A stretch of 32,000 bases of DNA from Kineococcus radiotolerans SRS30216 = ATCC BAA-149 (GCF_000017305.1 NC_009664.2:1170001-1202000), one strand, 5' to 3'; counted from the stretch's first letter, positions 1-8,133 are shown. Notes: generated by a model not told the origin, from the sequence alone. Made by a program: numbers and translations.

Positions 1-251
1 GCGTCCACGCCTTCGTCTGGGGCACGACGTCGATCACCGTGCGCCAGCGCGTGGTCCCCCACGACCTCCAGGGCCGCGTCGGGGCCGTCAACACCGCCGG
101 GTCCTTCGGGGGCCTGGCGATCGGCAGCGCCGTCGGCGGGGTCCTCGCCCAGCACCACGGCGTGACGGCCCCGTTCTGGTTCGCCGCCGCCGGCTCCGCC
201 GTCCTCGTCGCCCTGGTGTGGCGCCCGCTGCGCCACGTCGCCCACGACTGA
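1..251 (+). CDS. MFS transporter, C-terminal fragment (5' end outside window)
   Basis: Frame open from the window edge (VHAFVWGTTSITVRQRVVPHDLQGRVGAVNTAGSFGGLAIGSAVGG...FWFAAAGSAVLVALVW). The hydrophobic TM-like segments and the RQ..P..LQGRV loop are typical of EntS-like MFS exporters. Stop TGA at 249-251. Confidence 0.65.
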   Translation, partial: VHAFVWGTTSITVRQRVVPHDLQGRVGAVNTAGSFGGLAIGSAVGGVLAQHHGVTAPFWFAAAGSAVLVALVWRPLRHVAHD

Positions 252-256
252 ACGCG

Positions 257-290
257 CGACGGGGCCGGGTCCGCGGACCCGGCCCCGTCG
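257..290. terminator. GC-rich perfect hairpin between convergent genes (15-bp stem, CGCG loop), putative bidirectional terminator
   Basis: CGACGGGGCCGGGTC-CGCG-GACCCGGCCCCGTCG read directly. It lies between the MFS stop (251) and the metB-like stop (297). There is no U-tract. Confidence 0.5.
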
Positions 291-296
291 CGGGCC

Positions 297-1478
297 TCAG
301 CCCAGCGCCTGCGCGAGGTCAGCGACGAGGTCGTCCGCGTCCTCGATCCCGACGGAGAGCCGGATGAGGTCGTCGGGGACCTCGAGCAGGGACCCCGCGA
401 CTGCGGCGTGGGTCATCTTGCCGGGGTGCTCGACGAGGGACTCCACGCCGCCGAGGGACTCCCCCAGGGTGAACAGCTGCGTCGCCTTGCAGACGGCGAG
501 GGCGTCGTCGACGGAGGCGGTGCGGAAGCTGATCATCCCGCCGAAGCGCTTCATCTGGCGGGCCGCGACGTCGTGGTTGCGGTGCTCGGGCAGACCCGGG
601 TAGAGGATCTTGGTGATCCGGGGGTGGGACTGCAGGAACTCCACGACGCGCTCGGCGTTGTCGCAGTGGCGCTCCATGCGCACCGCGAGGGTCTTCAGGC
701 CGCGCTGGACCAGCCAGGAGTCGAAGGGCCCGGGGACCCCGCCCATCGCGTTCTGGTGGAAGCCGATGCGCTCGGTCAGGGAGCTCCCGCGCCCGTCGTC
801 GCCGTCGCGCACGACGACGGCGCCGCCGACGACGTCGGAGTGGCCGCCGGCGTACTTCGTCGTCGAGCTGACGACGAGGTCGGCGCCGAGGGTCAGGGGC
901 GTCTGCAGGTACGGGGTCGCGAAGGTGTTGTCCACGACGAGCAGGGCCCCGGCGGCGTGGGTGACCTCGGCGAGGGCCGCGATGTCGGCGATCGTCAGCA
1001 GCGGGTTGGTGGGGGTCTCCACCCACACCAGGCGGGTCTTCCCGGGGCGGATCGCCTCGCGGACGGCGTCGACGGAGGCGAGGTCGACGGGGGTGTGCTC
1101 GACGCCCCAGGGCTCCACGACCCGCTTCACGAGGCGGTAGGTGCCGCCGTAGGCGTCGTCGGGGACGACGACGTGGTCGCCGGGCTTGAGCAGGGCCCGC
1201 AGGATCGCGTCCTCGGCGGCGAGGCCGGAGGCGAAGGCGAACCCGGCGTCGCCCTGCTCCAGGGAGGCGAGCTGGGACTCCAGGGAGGTGCGGGTGGGGT
1301 TGCCGGAGCGGGAGTACTCGTAGCCGGTGCCGAGACCGGTGCGCAGCGTCCCGACGCCGTCCTGCTTGTAGGTCGAGACCTGGTAGATCGGCGTCACCAC
1401 GGCGCCGGTGGCGGGGTCGGCCTCCTGGCCGGCGTGGATGGCTCGGGTGGAGAAGCCTGGCAGCTGCGAGTCGGTCAC
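297..1478 (-). CDS. metB: Cystathionine gamma-synthase / gamma-lyase (Cys/Met-metabolism PLP-dependent enzyme)
   Basis: 393-aa ORF with a GTG start. The N-terminus FSTRAIHAGQ...PIYQVSTY, the internal SSTTKYAGGHSDVVGG (PLP-lysine region) and the C-terminus LIRLSVGIED are hallmarks of the MetB/MetC/CGL family. Synthase versus lyase cannot be told apart by eye. Confidence 0.9.
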   Translation of the reverse strand: MTDSQLPGFSTRAIHAGQEADPATGAVVTPIYQVSTYKQDGVGTLRTGLGTGYEYSRSGNPTRTSLESQLASLEQGDAGFAFASGLAAEDAILRALLKPGDHVVVPDDAYGGTYRLVKRVVEPWGVEHTPVDLASVDAVREAIRPGKTRLVWVETPTNPLLTIADIAALAEVTHAAGALLVVDNTFATPYLQTPLTLGADLVVSSTTKYAGGHSDVVGGAVVVRDGDDGRGSSLTERIGFHQNAMGGVPGPFDSWLVQRGLKTLAVRMERHCDNAERVVEFLQSHPRITKILYPGLPEHRNHDVAARQMKRFGGMISFRTASVDDALAVCKATQLFTLGESLGGVESLVEHPGKMTHAAVAGSLLEVPDDLIRLSVGIEDADDLVADLAQALG

Positions 1479-1551
1479 GGGACCAGCCTAGGGAACGTCC
1501 GGGGCGTCCTCGCGGTTGGAACGGTCACGACGGCGAAGAGGAGTTGGTGAC

Positions 1552-2223
1552 GTGCTGTTCGGCAACCCGTACAAGACGACGATGGTGACCGCGGACCAGG
1601 CCCTGCGGGGCTCGGCGACGCGGCGCTTCGAGGTCCCCGCGACCCACGCGGTCCTGGGCACCCCGCTGGAGGGGCCGTGGCCCGAGGGCACCGAGGTGAT
1701 CTCGTTCGCCATGGGCTGCTACTGGGGCGCGGAGCGCATCTTCTGGCGCCAGCCGGGGGTCGTGACGACCGCGGCGGGCTTCCAGGGGGGCTTCACGGAG
1801 AACCCGACGTACGAGGAGTCCACGACGGGCCGCACCGGCCACGCCGAGACGGTCCTCGTGGCCTACGACCCCACCGCGACGTCCGCGGAGCAGCTGCTGA
1901 AGATCTTCTGGGAGAACCACGACCCCACGCAGGGCTACCGCCAGGGCAACGACCGCGGCACGGAGTACCGCTCGGCCGTCTACACGACGACCGACGAGCA
2001 GTGGGAGGCGGCGCAGCGCACCCGCGAGACGTTCCAGCGCGAGCTGACCGAGCACGGGCACGGGCGGATCACCACCGAGATCCGCCGGGCGTCGGAGGCG
2101 GGCCCGTTCTGGTACGCCGAGGACTACCACCAGCAGTACCTGGAGAAGGTGCCGAACGGCTACTGCAACCACGGGCCGAACGGGCTGACCTGCCAGATCG
2201 GGCTGGTCCCGGCCGCGGAGTGA
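1552..2223 (+). CDS. msrA: Peptide-methionine (S)-S-oxide reductase MsrA
   Basis: The FAMGCYWGAERIFW active-site motif and the downstream GHAETVLVAYDP and YHQQYL motifs are present. The longest ORF starts at TTG 1516, but in-frame GTG 1552 sits about 8 nt after GAAGAGGAG (1535-1543) and is preferred. Confidence 0.9.
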   Translation: MLFGNPYKTTMVTADQALRGSATRRFEVPATHAVLGTPLEGPWPEGTEVISFAMGCYWGAERIFWRQPGVVTTAAGFQGGFTENPTYEESTTGRTGHAETVLVAYDPTATSAEQLLKIFWENHDPTQGYRQGNDRGTEYRSAVYTTTDEQWEAAQRTRETFQRELTEHGHGRITTEIRRASEAGPFWYAEDYHQQYLEKVPNGYCNHGPNGLTCQIGLVPAAE

Positions 2224-2266
2224 CGCCGCGGGGCTGAGGCGTCGCGGGGCCGAGGCGTGGACGCCA

Positions 2267-2300
2267 CGAGGGGACGGTGCCCGCGGGCACCGTCCCCTCG
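2267..2300 (+). terminator. Perfect 15-bp hairpin with CGCG loop downstream of msrA
   Basis: CGAGGGGACGGTGCC-CGCG-GGCACCGTCCCCTCG read directly, 44 nt after the msrA stop. There is no U-tract (I-shaped terminator type common in high-GC actinobacteria). Confidence 0.5.
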
Positions 2301-2354
2301 TGTGCGTACGCCCCCCAGCGCATGCGCGGCCACCCGTCCCCCCGGCGGGGTGCC

Positions 2355-2369
2355 GGGAGGAATCCTCCC
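2355..2369 (+). promoter_or_regulatory. 15-bp palindrome GGGAGGA-A-TCCTCCC upstream of the response-regulator gene (candidate operator)
   Basis: Perfect 7-bp inverted arms read directly, about 130 nt upstream of the RR start (2499) in the 275-nt msrA/RR intergenic region. Confidence 0.25.
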
Positions 2370-2498
2370 AGAGGGGCGCGTCCCCCGACACCGCCGAGCC
2401 ACCCCCCTTTCGGGGGTGCGCGCACGGCCGCGGGGGGCCGCGGGTGGTCGGGAGCACCGTCCCGGTCCCGCTAGCCTCGCCGCGGAAGGAGGACCGAC

Positions 2499-3173
2499 GT
2501 GACCACCCTGCGCATCGCGGCGGTCGACGACCACCCGGCTCTGCTCGCCGGGCTGCAGCTCGAGCTCGCCCGCCTGGAGCCCTCGCTGGAGTTCGTCGCC
2601 ACCGCCCCCACCGTGCCCGACCTGCTGTTCCAGCTGGAGGGGGCGGTGCCGCCCGACGTCGTCCTGCTGGACCTGCGCCTGGGCGACGGCTCGCGCCCCG
2701 CGGGCAACGTGGCGGCCCTGCTCGCCGCCGGCAGCCGCGTCCTGGTCTACACCGAGGGCCGCGAGCACACCCCGGCCCTGGAGGCGCTGCAGGCGGGCGC
2801 CCAGGGCGTGCTGCTCAAGGACCGCCCGGTCGCGACGGTCGCGGAGGCGCTGCGCGCCGTGGCCGCCGGCGACACCGTCCCCTCGGCGGAGACGGCCGCG
2901 GCCCTGCAGGTCGACGAGACCCTGACCTCGCACCTGTCCCCGCAGGAGCGGCGGGTGCTGGAGCTGTACGCGGGCGGGATGCCGGCGCGGTCGGTCGCGC
3001 TGCGCCTGGGGGTGACGCTGGAGACGGCCAAGAGCTACCTCAAGCGCATCCGCGCGAAGTACGCCGCCCTGGACCGGCCGGCCTACACCCGCATGGAGCT
3101 GTACCGGCGCGCGGTGGAGGACGGCGTCCTCGCCCCTCTCATGCCGCCGGCGACCCGTGGTCCCGAGGACTGA
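2499..3173 (+). CDS. NarL/FixJ (LuxR-type HTH) response regulator
   Basis: The receiver domain has acidic pair D10-D11, phospho-acceptor D58 (VVLLDLRL), T in VYTEG and K in LLKD. The C-terminus carries a LuxR HTH (LSPQERRVLELYAGGMPARSVALRLGVTLETAKSYLKRIRAKY). The RBS GGAAGGAGG lies just upstream of GTG 2499. Confidence 0.9.
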   Translation: MTTLRIAAVDDHPALLAGLQLELARLEPSLEFVATAPTVPDLLFQLEGAVPPDVVLLDLRLGDGSRPAGNVAALLAAGSRVLVYTEGREHTPALEALQAGAQGVLLKDRPVATVAEALRAVAAGDTVPSAETAAALQVDETLTSHLSPQERRVLELYAGGMPARSVALRLGVTLETAKSYLKRIRAKYAALDRPAYTRMELYRRAVEDGVLAPLMPPATRGPED

Positions 3174-3202
3174 CCGCGCGGTGACCCCGTGCTGAGCGCG
3201 CG

Positions 3203-4381
3203 GTGACCCGTTCCGGCGCGCAGCGGCTGCTCGCCCTGGTCCTGGCCCTGGGGCTGGTCTCGGTGGCCCCCACCGTCGTCGCGAACCTGGTGACCGGCCG
3301 CTCGGCCACGCCGCCGGCCTGGGCGGCGGCGGTGTGCACGGCCTACCTGGCCGTCTTCGTCGTGCTGCTGGTCCAGGCCGTGCGGCGCGGGGCGTGCGGT
3401 CCGGCGGCCTGGGCGCTCGTCGTCGTGGGCGACGTCGCCCTCGCCACCTACCCCGTGGTCTCCCCGCACGTCGACGACGACGTCCCCTGGGTGCTGGCGC
3501 TGTCGGCCATCACCGTGGGGGCGGGAGCGGTCGCGGCCCCGTCGCTGGGCGGTGCGCTCGGGCTCACCGCGGTCCACCTGCTCCTGCGCCAGCTCCTGCA
3601 GCTGAGCGGGGTGTGGAGCGTGCGGGCCGACATCGCCGTCGTGGAGACCGTCGGGCAGCTGGTGATCGCGGTGGCGGCCTCGGTCGCGGTCCAGGCCGTG
3701 CAGGAGTCGGCGCGGTCGGTGGAGCAGGCCCGCGACGCCGCCGCGCGCGCGGCCGCGGCGGCCGCGGCGGCCCGCGCGGAGGAGGTGGAGAACTCCCGTT
3801 GGGACGGGATCGTCCACGACGACGTGCTCGCCTCGCTGTCCACGGCGGCGCACGCCCGCGACGCCGCGGACCGGGGGCGGGCCCGGGCCGCGGCCGAGCG
3901 GGCGCTGGCCAGCGTCGACGGCGGGCTCGCCGGGGCCCGCGACACCGGGCCCGTGGGGGCGGCGGAGACCGTGTCCCGCCTGCGCAGCGCGGTGCTCGCG
4001 CTGCACCCGGGCGCGGTGCTGAGCGCCCCGGACGCCCCCGCGGGGCAGCTGGCCCCGGAGGCGGTGGACGCGCTGGTCGCGGCGACGGCGGAGGCCGTGC
4101 GCAACGCCGTGCGGCACGGGTCGCGGGCCGGGCGGGTCCCGGACGTGCGGGTGCGGGTCCGCGCCGACGCCCGGCGGGGGCGGTTCGGCGTCGAGGTGCG
4201 TGACGACGGCGCCGGCTTCGACGCCCGCCGGGCGACCCCGCGGCTGGGTCTGGCGGTGTCGGTGCGCCGGCGCGCCGACGTCGTCGGCGGCCGGGCCCTG
4301 GTGCGGTCCGCGCCCGGGGTCGGCACCGTGGTCCTGCTGGGCGTCCCGCTGCTGGGGACGAGCGCGGAGGGCGCCGGGTGA
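3203..4381 (+). CDS. Membrane sensor histidine kinase, HisKA_3/NarX-DesK-like, no large extracytoplasmic domain
   Basis: There are about 5-6 hydrophobic helices at the N-terminus. Kinase motifs seen are an H-box-like GIVHDDVLASL, N-box EAVRNAVRHG, G1 VRDDGAGF and a G2-like region LGLAVS...APGVGT. It sits 29 nt after the NarL-type RR. Confidence 0.8.
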   Translation: MTRSGAQRLLALVLALGLVSVAPTVVANLVTGRSATPPAWAAAVCTAYLAVFVVLLVQAVRRGACGPAAWALVVVGDVALATYPVVSPHVDDDVPWVLALSAITVGAGAVAAPSLGGALGLTAVHLLLRQLLQLSGVWSVRADIAVVETVGQLVIAVAASVAVQAVQESARSVEQARDAAARAAAAAAAARAEEVENSRWDGIVHDDVLASLSTAAHARDAADRGRARAAAERALASVDGGLAGARDTGPVGAAETVSRLRSAVLALHPGAVLSAPDAPAGQLAPEAVDALVAATAEAVRNAVRHGSRAGRVPDVRVRVRADARRGRFGVEVRDDGAGFDARRATPRLGLAVSVRRRADVVGGRALVRSAPGVGTVVLLGVPLLGTSAEGAG

Positions 4382-5478
4382 GCGGGGTCCGGCGGGCGTG
4401 CCTGACCGGGACGGTCATCTGGCTGTTCTCCCACGGCCCCCTCGTGGCGCTGCTCTCCCTGCACCAGCACCGGTGGCCCGCCCTCGCCCTCCTCGCCCTG
4501 GTCGTCGTCCTCGGGGTGAGCGCGCTGGCCGTGCGCCCCCTCCTCGGGGGCCCGCTGGACCTCTCCCGCCGGGCCGCGGTCGCGATGGCCGCCGTCGTCC
4601 CGCTCAGCGGGCTGGCCGTCACCCCGTTCGTGGCCGAGGACCTCTGGCGCACCCACGCGAACTGGTGGCCGGGGCTGACCCAGATCGTGGTGGCGGCGCT
4701 GGTGGTGCGCCGGCGGTGGGGGCCCGCGCTGGCCGCGGAGCTGGGGTCCGCGGCGGTCCTGGGGTTCCTGGTCGCGGGGTCGGACCTGCCGCACCGGGTC
4801 GTGGTCTTCGCGGCGCTGAACCAGCCCGCGATCGTCTGGTTCACCGCCTCGGTGGGGGTGCGCTTCGTCTTCGACCGCACCGCGCGCGACGTGGCCCGCT
4901 ACGACGCCGACGCCGGGCGCGCGGTGGCCGCCGGCGCGAGCACGCAGGCCCGCGCCCGCAGCGCCCGCCGGCGCCGGGACGACCTCGAGCACGGCGCGGT
5001 CCCGCTGCTGCGCCGGGTCGCGGCCGCCGCACCCGACGCGGACGACTGGGCGGAGCTGTCCCGGGCGGCGCTGGCCCTGGAGCGGCAGGTGCGCGACGAC
5101 CTGCGCGCCCGCGACCTCCTCGACGACTCCGTCCGCACCGCGCTGCGGGAGGCCCGGGCCCGCGGGGCCGTCGTCGACGTCGTGGACGACCGCGGGACGG
5201 CGGACGGCTCGGACCTGGCCGGGGCGCTGCGCGGGGTGCTGGGGTCCGTGCTGGCCGCGTGCGGCACGGCCCAGGTCACCGTGCGCCTGCCCCCGGGGGG
5301 CCGGCTGGCGACCCTCTCGGTGGACGGTTCCCGCGCCGAGGCGGAGGCCGTCAGCCGCGTCCTGCAGCGGGCGCGGCAGGACGGCCTCCCCCTGGACGTG
5401 CGGGACGACCTGCGGGTGGACGCGGCGGCCGGGTCCTCCTGGGTGGAGTTCCGGCCGCTCGCCCCCGCGACGGGCTGA
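4378..5478 (+). CDS. Multi-pass membrane protein, histidine-kinase-like paralogue without recognisable ATP-binding boxes
   Basis: The GTG start overlaps the HK stop (GTGA at 4378-4381), implying translational coupling. The layout matches the HK: TM-rich N-terminus, Arg/Ala-rich linker and a His segment DDLEHGAVPLLRRV. No N, G1 or G2 motif was seen by eye. Third-position GC is high in this frame. Confidence 0.6.
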   Translation: MSGVRRACLTGTVIWLFSHGPLVALLSLHQHRWPALALLALVVVLGVSALAVRPLLGGPLDLSRRAAVAMAAVVPLSGLAVTPFVAEDLWRTHANWWPGLTQIVVAALVVRRRWGPALAAELGSAAVLGFLVAGSDLPHRVVVFAALNQPAIVWFTASVGVRFVFDRTARDVARYDADAGRAVAAGASTQARARSARRRRDDLEHGAVPLLRRVAAAAPDADDWAELSRAALALERQVRDDLRARDLLDDSVRTALREARARGAVVDVVDDRGTADGSDLAGALRGVLGSVLAACGTAQVTVRLPPGGRLATLSVDGSRAEAEAVSRVLQRARQDGLPLDVRDDLRVDAAAGSSWVEFRPLAPATG

Positions 5479-5492
5479 GCCCGCCCGGTCGC

Positions 5493-6713
5493 TCAGACCT
5501 CCAGGCCGTGCACCGCCAGGTAGTCCCGCAGCCGGCGCGCGGCCAGCGCCGGGTCGCTGAGGACCCCCGCCTCGTCGGCGAGGCGGAACGTCTCGGCCTG
5601 GTGCACGGCGCTGCGCGCGGAGTGCAGCCCCCCGACCATCGCGTAGCCGGGCTGGCGGCCGTCGAGGAAGTTCAGGAACGCGATCCCGGCCTTGTAGTAG
5701 GGCGTCGGGGCGCCGAAGACGTGGCGGGCCAGCGGGACCGTCGGGTCCAGCGCGGAGCGGAACCCGGCGACGTCGCCGGCGTCCAGGCGCACCAGGGCGG
5801 CGGCGGCCGCCGGGGCGATCCCGGCGAAGATCCCGAGCAGGGCGTCGGAGTGGTGCTCCCCGTCGCCCTGGACGAGCTCGGGGTAGTTGAAGTCGTCGCC
5901 GGTGTAGAGCCGGACGCCCGGGGGCAGGCGGCGCCGCAGGTCCTTCTCGTGCTCGGCGTCGAGCAGCGACACCTTCACCCCGTCGACGTGCTCGGCGTTG
6001 GCGCGCACGAGGTCCACGAACGTGTCGGTGGCGGCGGCGACGTCGCCCGGGCGCGAGCCCCAGTACCCGGCCAGGGCGGGGTCGAAGACCTCCCCGAGCC
6101 AGTGCAGGACGGCGGGGCGGCGGACCTGGGCGAGCAACCCCGAGCACAGGGCCAGGTAGTCCTCGGGCCCGGAGGCGGCGGCGGCGAGGTGGCGGCTGGC
6201 CATGAGGATGGGCTGGGCGCCGGTGTCCTCGACGAGGGCGAGCTGCTCCTCGTAGGCCGCCCGCACCTCGTCGAGGGTGTGCGGGCCGGGCCCGAGCTGG
6301 TCGGTCCCGACCCCGGCGGCGATGCGGCCCCCGACCGCGGCGGCCTCGGTCGCGCTGCGGCGCACGAGTTCCGTCGTGGCCGCGAAGTCCAGGCCCATCC
6401 CCCGCTGGGCGGTGTCCATGGCCTCGGCGACGCCGAGGCCGAGGGACCACAGCCGGTGCCGGAAGGCCAGGGTGGCGTCCCAGTCGAGGTCGGCGGGGGC
6501 GCCGGGGACGTTCTCGGCCCCGGCGCGCGGGACGACGTGGGCGGCGGCGAACGCCGTCCGGCTGCGGGCCGGGCCGGCGGGGACCTCCCAGTCCACGGGT
6601 TCGGAGACGGCGTGCTCGACGAGCTCGACCCCGCCGTCGGGGCGGCGCCGCGGCAGCCGCAGGACGTCGCCGGTGAGCCCGCGCCGCGCGAGCCGCTCGG
6701 AGACGGCGCTCAC
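5493..6713 (-). CDS. DUF993 family protein (dihydrodipicolinate-synthase-like TIM-barrel fold, function unknown)
   Basis: The segment DLDWDATLAFRHRLWSLGLGVAEAMDTAQRGMGLDF matches my recollection of DUF993 (PF06187). The start was moved to GTG 6713, which overlaps the upstream stop (GTGA 6710-6713). The longer ORF (to 6950) would overlap the oxidoreductase by 240 nt with an Arg/Pro-rich extension. Confidence 0.75.
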   Translation of the reverse strand: MSAVSERLARRGLTGDVLRLPRRRPDGGVELVEHAVSEPVDWEVPAGPARSRTAFAAAHVVPRAGAENVPGAPADLDWDATLAFRHRLWSLGLGVAEAMDTAQRGMGLDFAATTELVRRSATEAAAVGGRIAAGVGTDQLGPGPHTLDEVRAAYEEQLALVEDTGAQPILMASRHLAAAASGPEDYLALCSGLLAQVRRPAVLHWLGEVFDPALAGYWGSRPGDVAAATDTFVDLVRANAEHVDGVKVSLLDAEHEKDLRRRLPPGVRLYTGDDFNYPELVQGDGEHHSDALLGIFAGIAPAAAAALVRLDAGDVAGFRSALDPTVPLARHVFGAPTPYYKAGIAFLNFLDGRQPGYAMVGGLHSARSAVHQAETFRLADEAGVLSDPALAARRLRDYLAVHGLEV

Positions 6714-7858
6714 AGCGCCAGGTCCGCGAGCTCGACGCGCCGGCCCTGCGCCGACGACTCCAGACCGGCCGCCGCGAGCCGGACCCCCCTCGCCCCGGAG
6801 AGGAAGTCGTAGGGGTGGGGGGTGTCGGCGACGACGTGGCGGACGAACTGCTCCCACTGCACCTTGAACCCGTTGTCCAGCGGTTCGTTGTCGGGGACGG
6901 GGACCCAGTCGTCGCGGTAACGGTGCTGCTCGGGCAGGTCGGGGTTCCACACGGCCTTCGGGGTCACCGCGCGCGGCTGGACCCGGCAGGCGAACAACCC
7001 GGCGACGGCGCTGCCGAGGGTCCCGTCGACCTGGAACTCGACGAGCTCGTCGCGGTCGACGCGCACGGCCCAGGAGGAGTTCAGCTGGGCGATGATCCCG
7101 CCCTCGAGCTCGAAGATCGCGTAGGCGGCGTCGTCGGCGGTGGCCTTGTACGCCTCGCCGTGCTCGTCGTGGCGCACGGGGACGTGGGTGACGGCCTTGG
7201 CCGTGACGGCCTCGACGGGGGCGACGATCTGCTCCAGCACGTAGTTCCAGTGGCAGAACATGTCCGCGACGATGCCGCCGCCGTCCTCGGCCCGGTAGTT
7301 CCAGCTCGGGCGCTGGGCCGGCTGCCAGTCGCCCTCGAAGACCCAGTAGCCGAACTCCCCGCGGACGGAGAGGATCTCGCCGAAGAACCCGGAGTCGACG
7401 AGCCGCTTGAGCTTGCGCAGGCCGGGCAGGAACAGCTTGTCGTGCACGACGCCGTTCTTGACCCCGGCGCGGGCGGCGGCCCGGGCCAGCTCGAGGGCTC
7501 CCTCGACGCTCTCGGCGGTGGGCTTCTCGGTGTAGACGTGGCGGCCCGCGGCGATGGCGGCGAGGATCGAGCGCTCGCGCGCGGAGGTGATCTGGGCGTC
7601 GAAGTAGAGCGGGTACTCGTCGTCGGCGAGGGCGGTGTCGAGGTCGGTCGTCCAGTGCCGGAGGTCGTGGCGCCGGGCGATCTCGCGGAGCTTGTCCTCC
7701 GAGCGCCCCACGAGCAGCGGTTCCAGCTGCACGCGGGAGCCGTCGGGGAGCTCGACCCCGCCCTGCTCGCGGATGGCCAGGACCGAGCGCAGCAGGTGCT
7801 GCCGGTACCCCATCCGTCCCGTGACACCGTTCATGACCACACCGAGGCGTTGCACCAT
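6710..7858 (-). CDS. Gfo/Idh/MocA family NAD(P)-dependent oxidoreductase
   Basis: The start is ATG 7858, preceded by GGAGGAGG (reverse complement of 7864-7871). It has an N-terminal Rossmann segment LGVVMNGVTGRMG and the family-signature EKP motif (HVYTEKPTA). The product is 382 aa. Confidence 0.9.
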   Translation of the reverse strand: MVQRLGVVMNGVTGRMGYRQHLLRSVLAIREQGGVELPDGSRVQLEPLLVGRSEDKLREIARRHDLRHWTTDLDTALADDEYPLYFDAQITSARERSILAAIAAGRHVYTEKPTAESVEGALELARAAARAGVKNGVVHDKLFLPGLRKLKRLVDSGFFGEILSVRGEFGYWVFEGDWQPAQRPSWNYRAEDGGGIVADMFCHWNYVLEQIVAPVEAVTAKAVTHVPVRHDEHGEAYKATADDAAYAIFELEGGIIAQLNSSWAVRVDRDELVEFQVDGTLGSAVAGLFACRVQPRAVTPKAVWNPDLPEQHRYRDDWVPVPDNEPLDNGFKVQWEQFVRHVVADTPHPYDFLSGARGVRLAAAGLESSAQGRRVELADLAL

Positions 7859-7882
7859 CGCTGCCTCCTCCTGGAAGTAGTG

Positions 7883-7900
7883 GGAATGCGCTTTCCGGAA
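7883..7900 (-). promoter_or_regulatory. Candidate operator: imperfect palindrome GGAATGCGCTTTCC overlapping a TTCCGGAA palindrome, 35-42 nt upstream of the oxidoreductase start
   Basis: Read directly: tGGGAATGCGCTTTCCGGAAgg. The same TTCCGGAAGG core occurs upstream of the xylanase gene (25175-25193). Confidence 0.3.
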
Positions 7901-8133
7901 GGCTAGGTCAGGGAGGGCGCCGGGGGCAAGGACCGGGCGACGCGGGTTCCTCCCCGCACCCGCTCCCCCGCGGAGTGGTTGAACGCGCGACGGCGGACGT
8001 GTCCTGTGCAGGTTTCCCCCACGTCCCACGGTGACCGCTCGGTCGCTGCTAGGTTCCGGCCCAGCCGATCGGGGGACCGGCAGCCTGCACCGTGCACCAG
8101 CGACCCACCCCCGAAACCTCCGGAGGTGCCGCT

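Noticed and set aside
3735-3778. GCC/GCG-rich low-complexity repeat that at first glance looks like a short tandem repeat array
   Set aside because: It is in frame within the histidine kinase and simply encodes an Ala run (AARAAAAAAAARAEE) in the linker. There is no spacer/repeat structure, so it is not CRISPR- or VNTR-like.
3448-6450. 1000-aa ORF on the minus strand spanning the kinase genes and the DUF993 gene
   Set aside because: The translation is overwhelmingly Arg/Pro/Gly/Ala with no recognisable domain. It runs antisense to, or out of frame with, ORFs that have clear family motifs. This is the classic stop-codon-poor shadow ORF of high-GC DNA.
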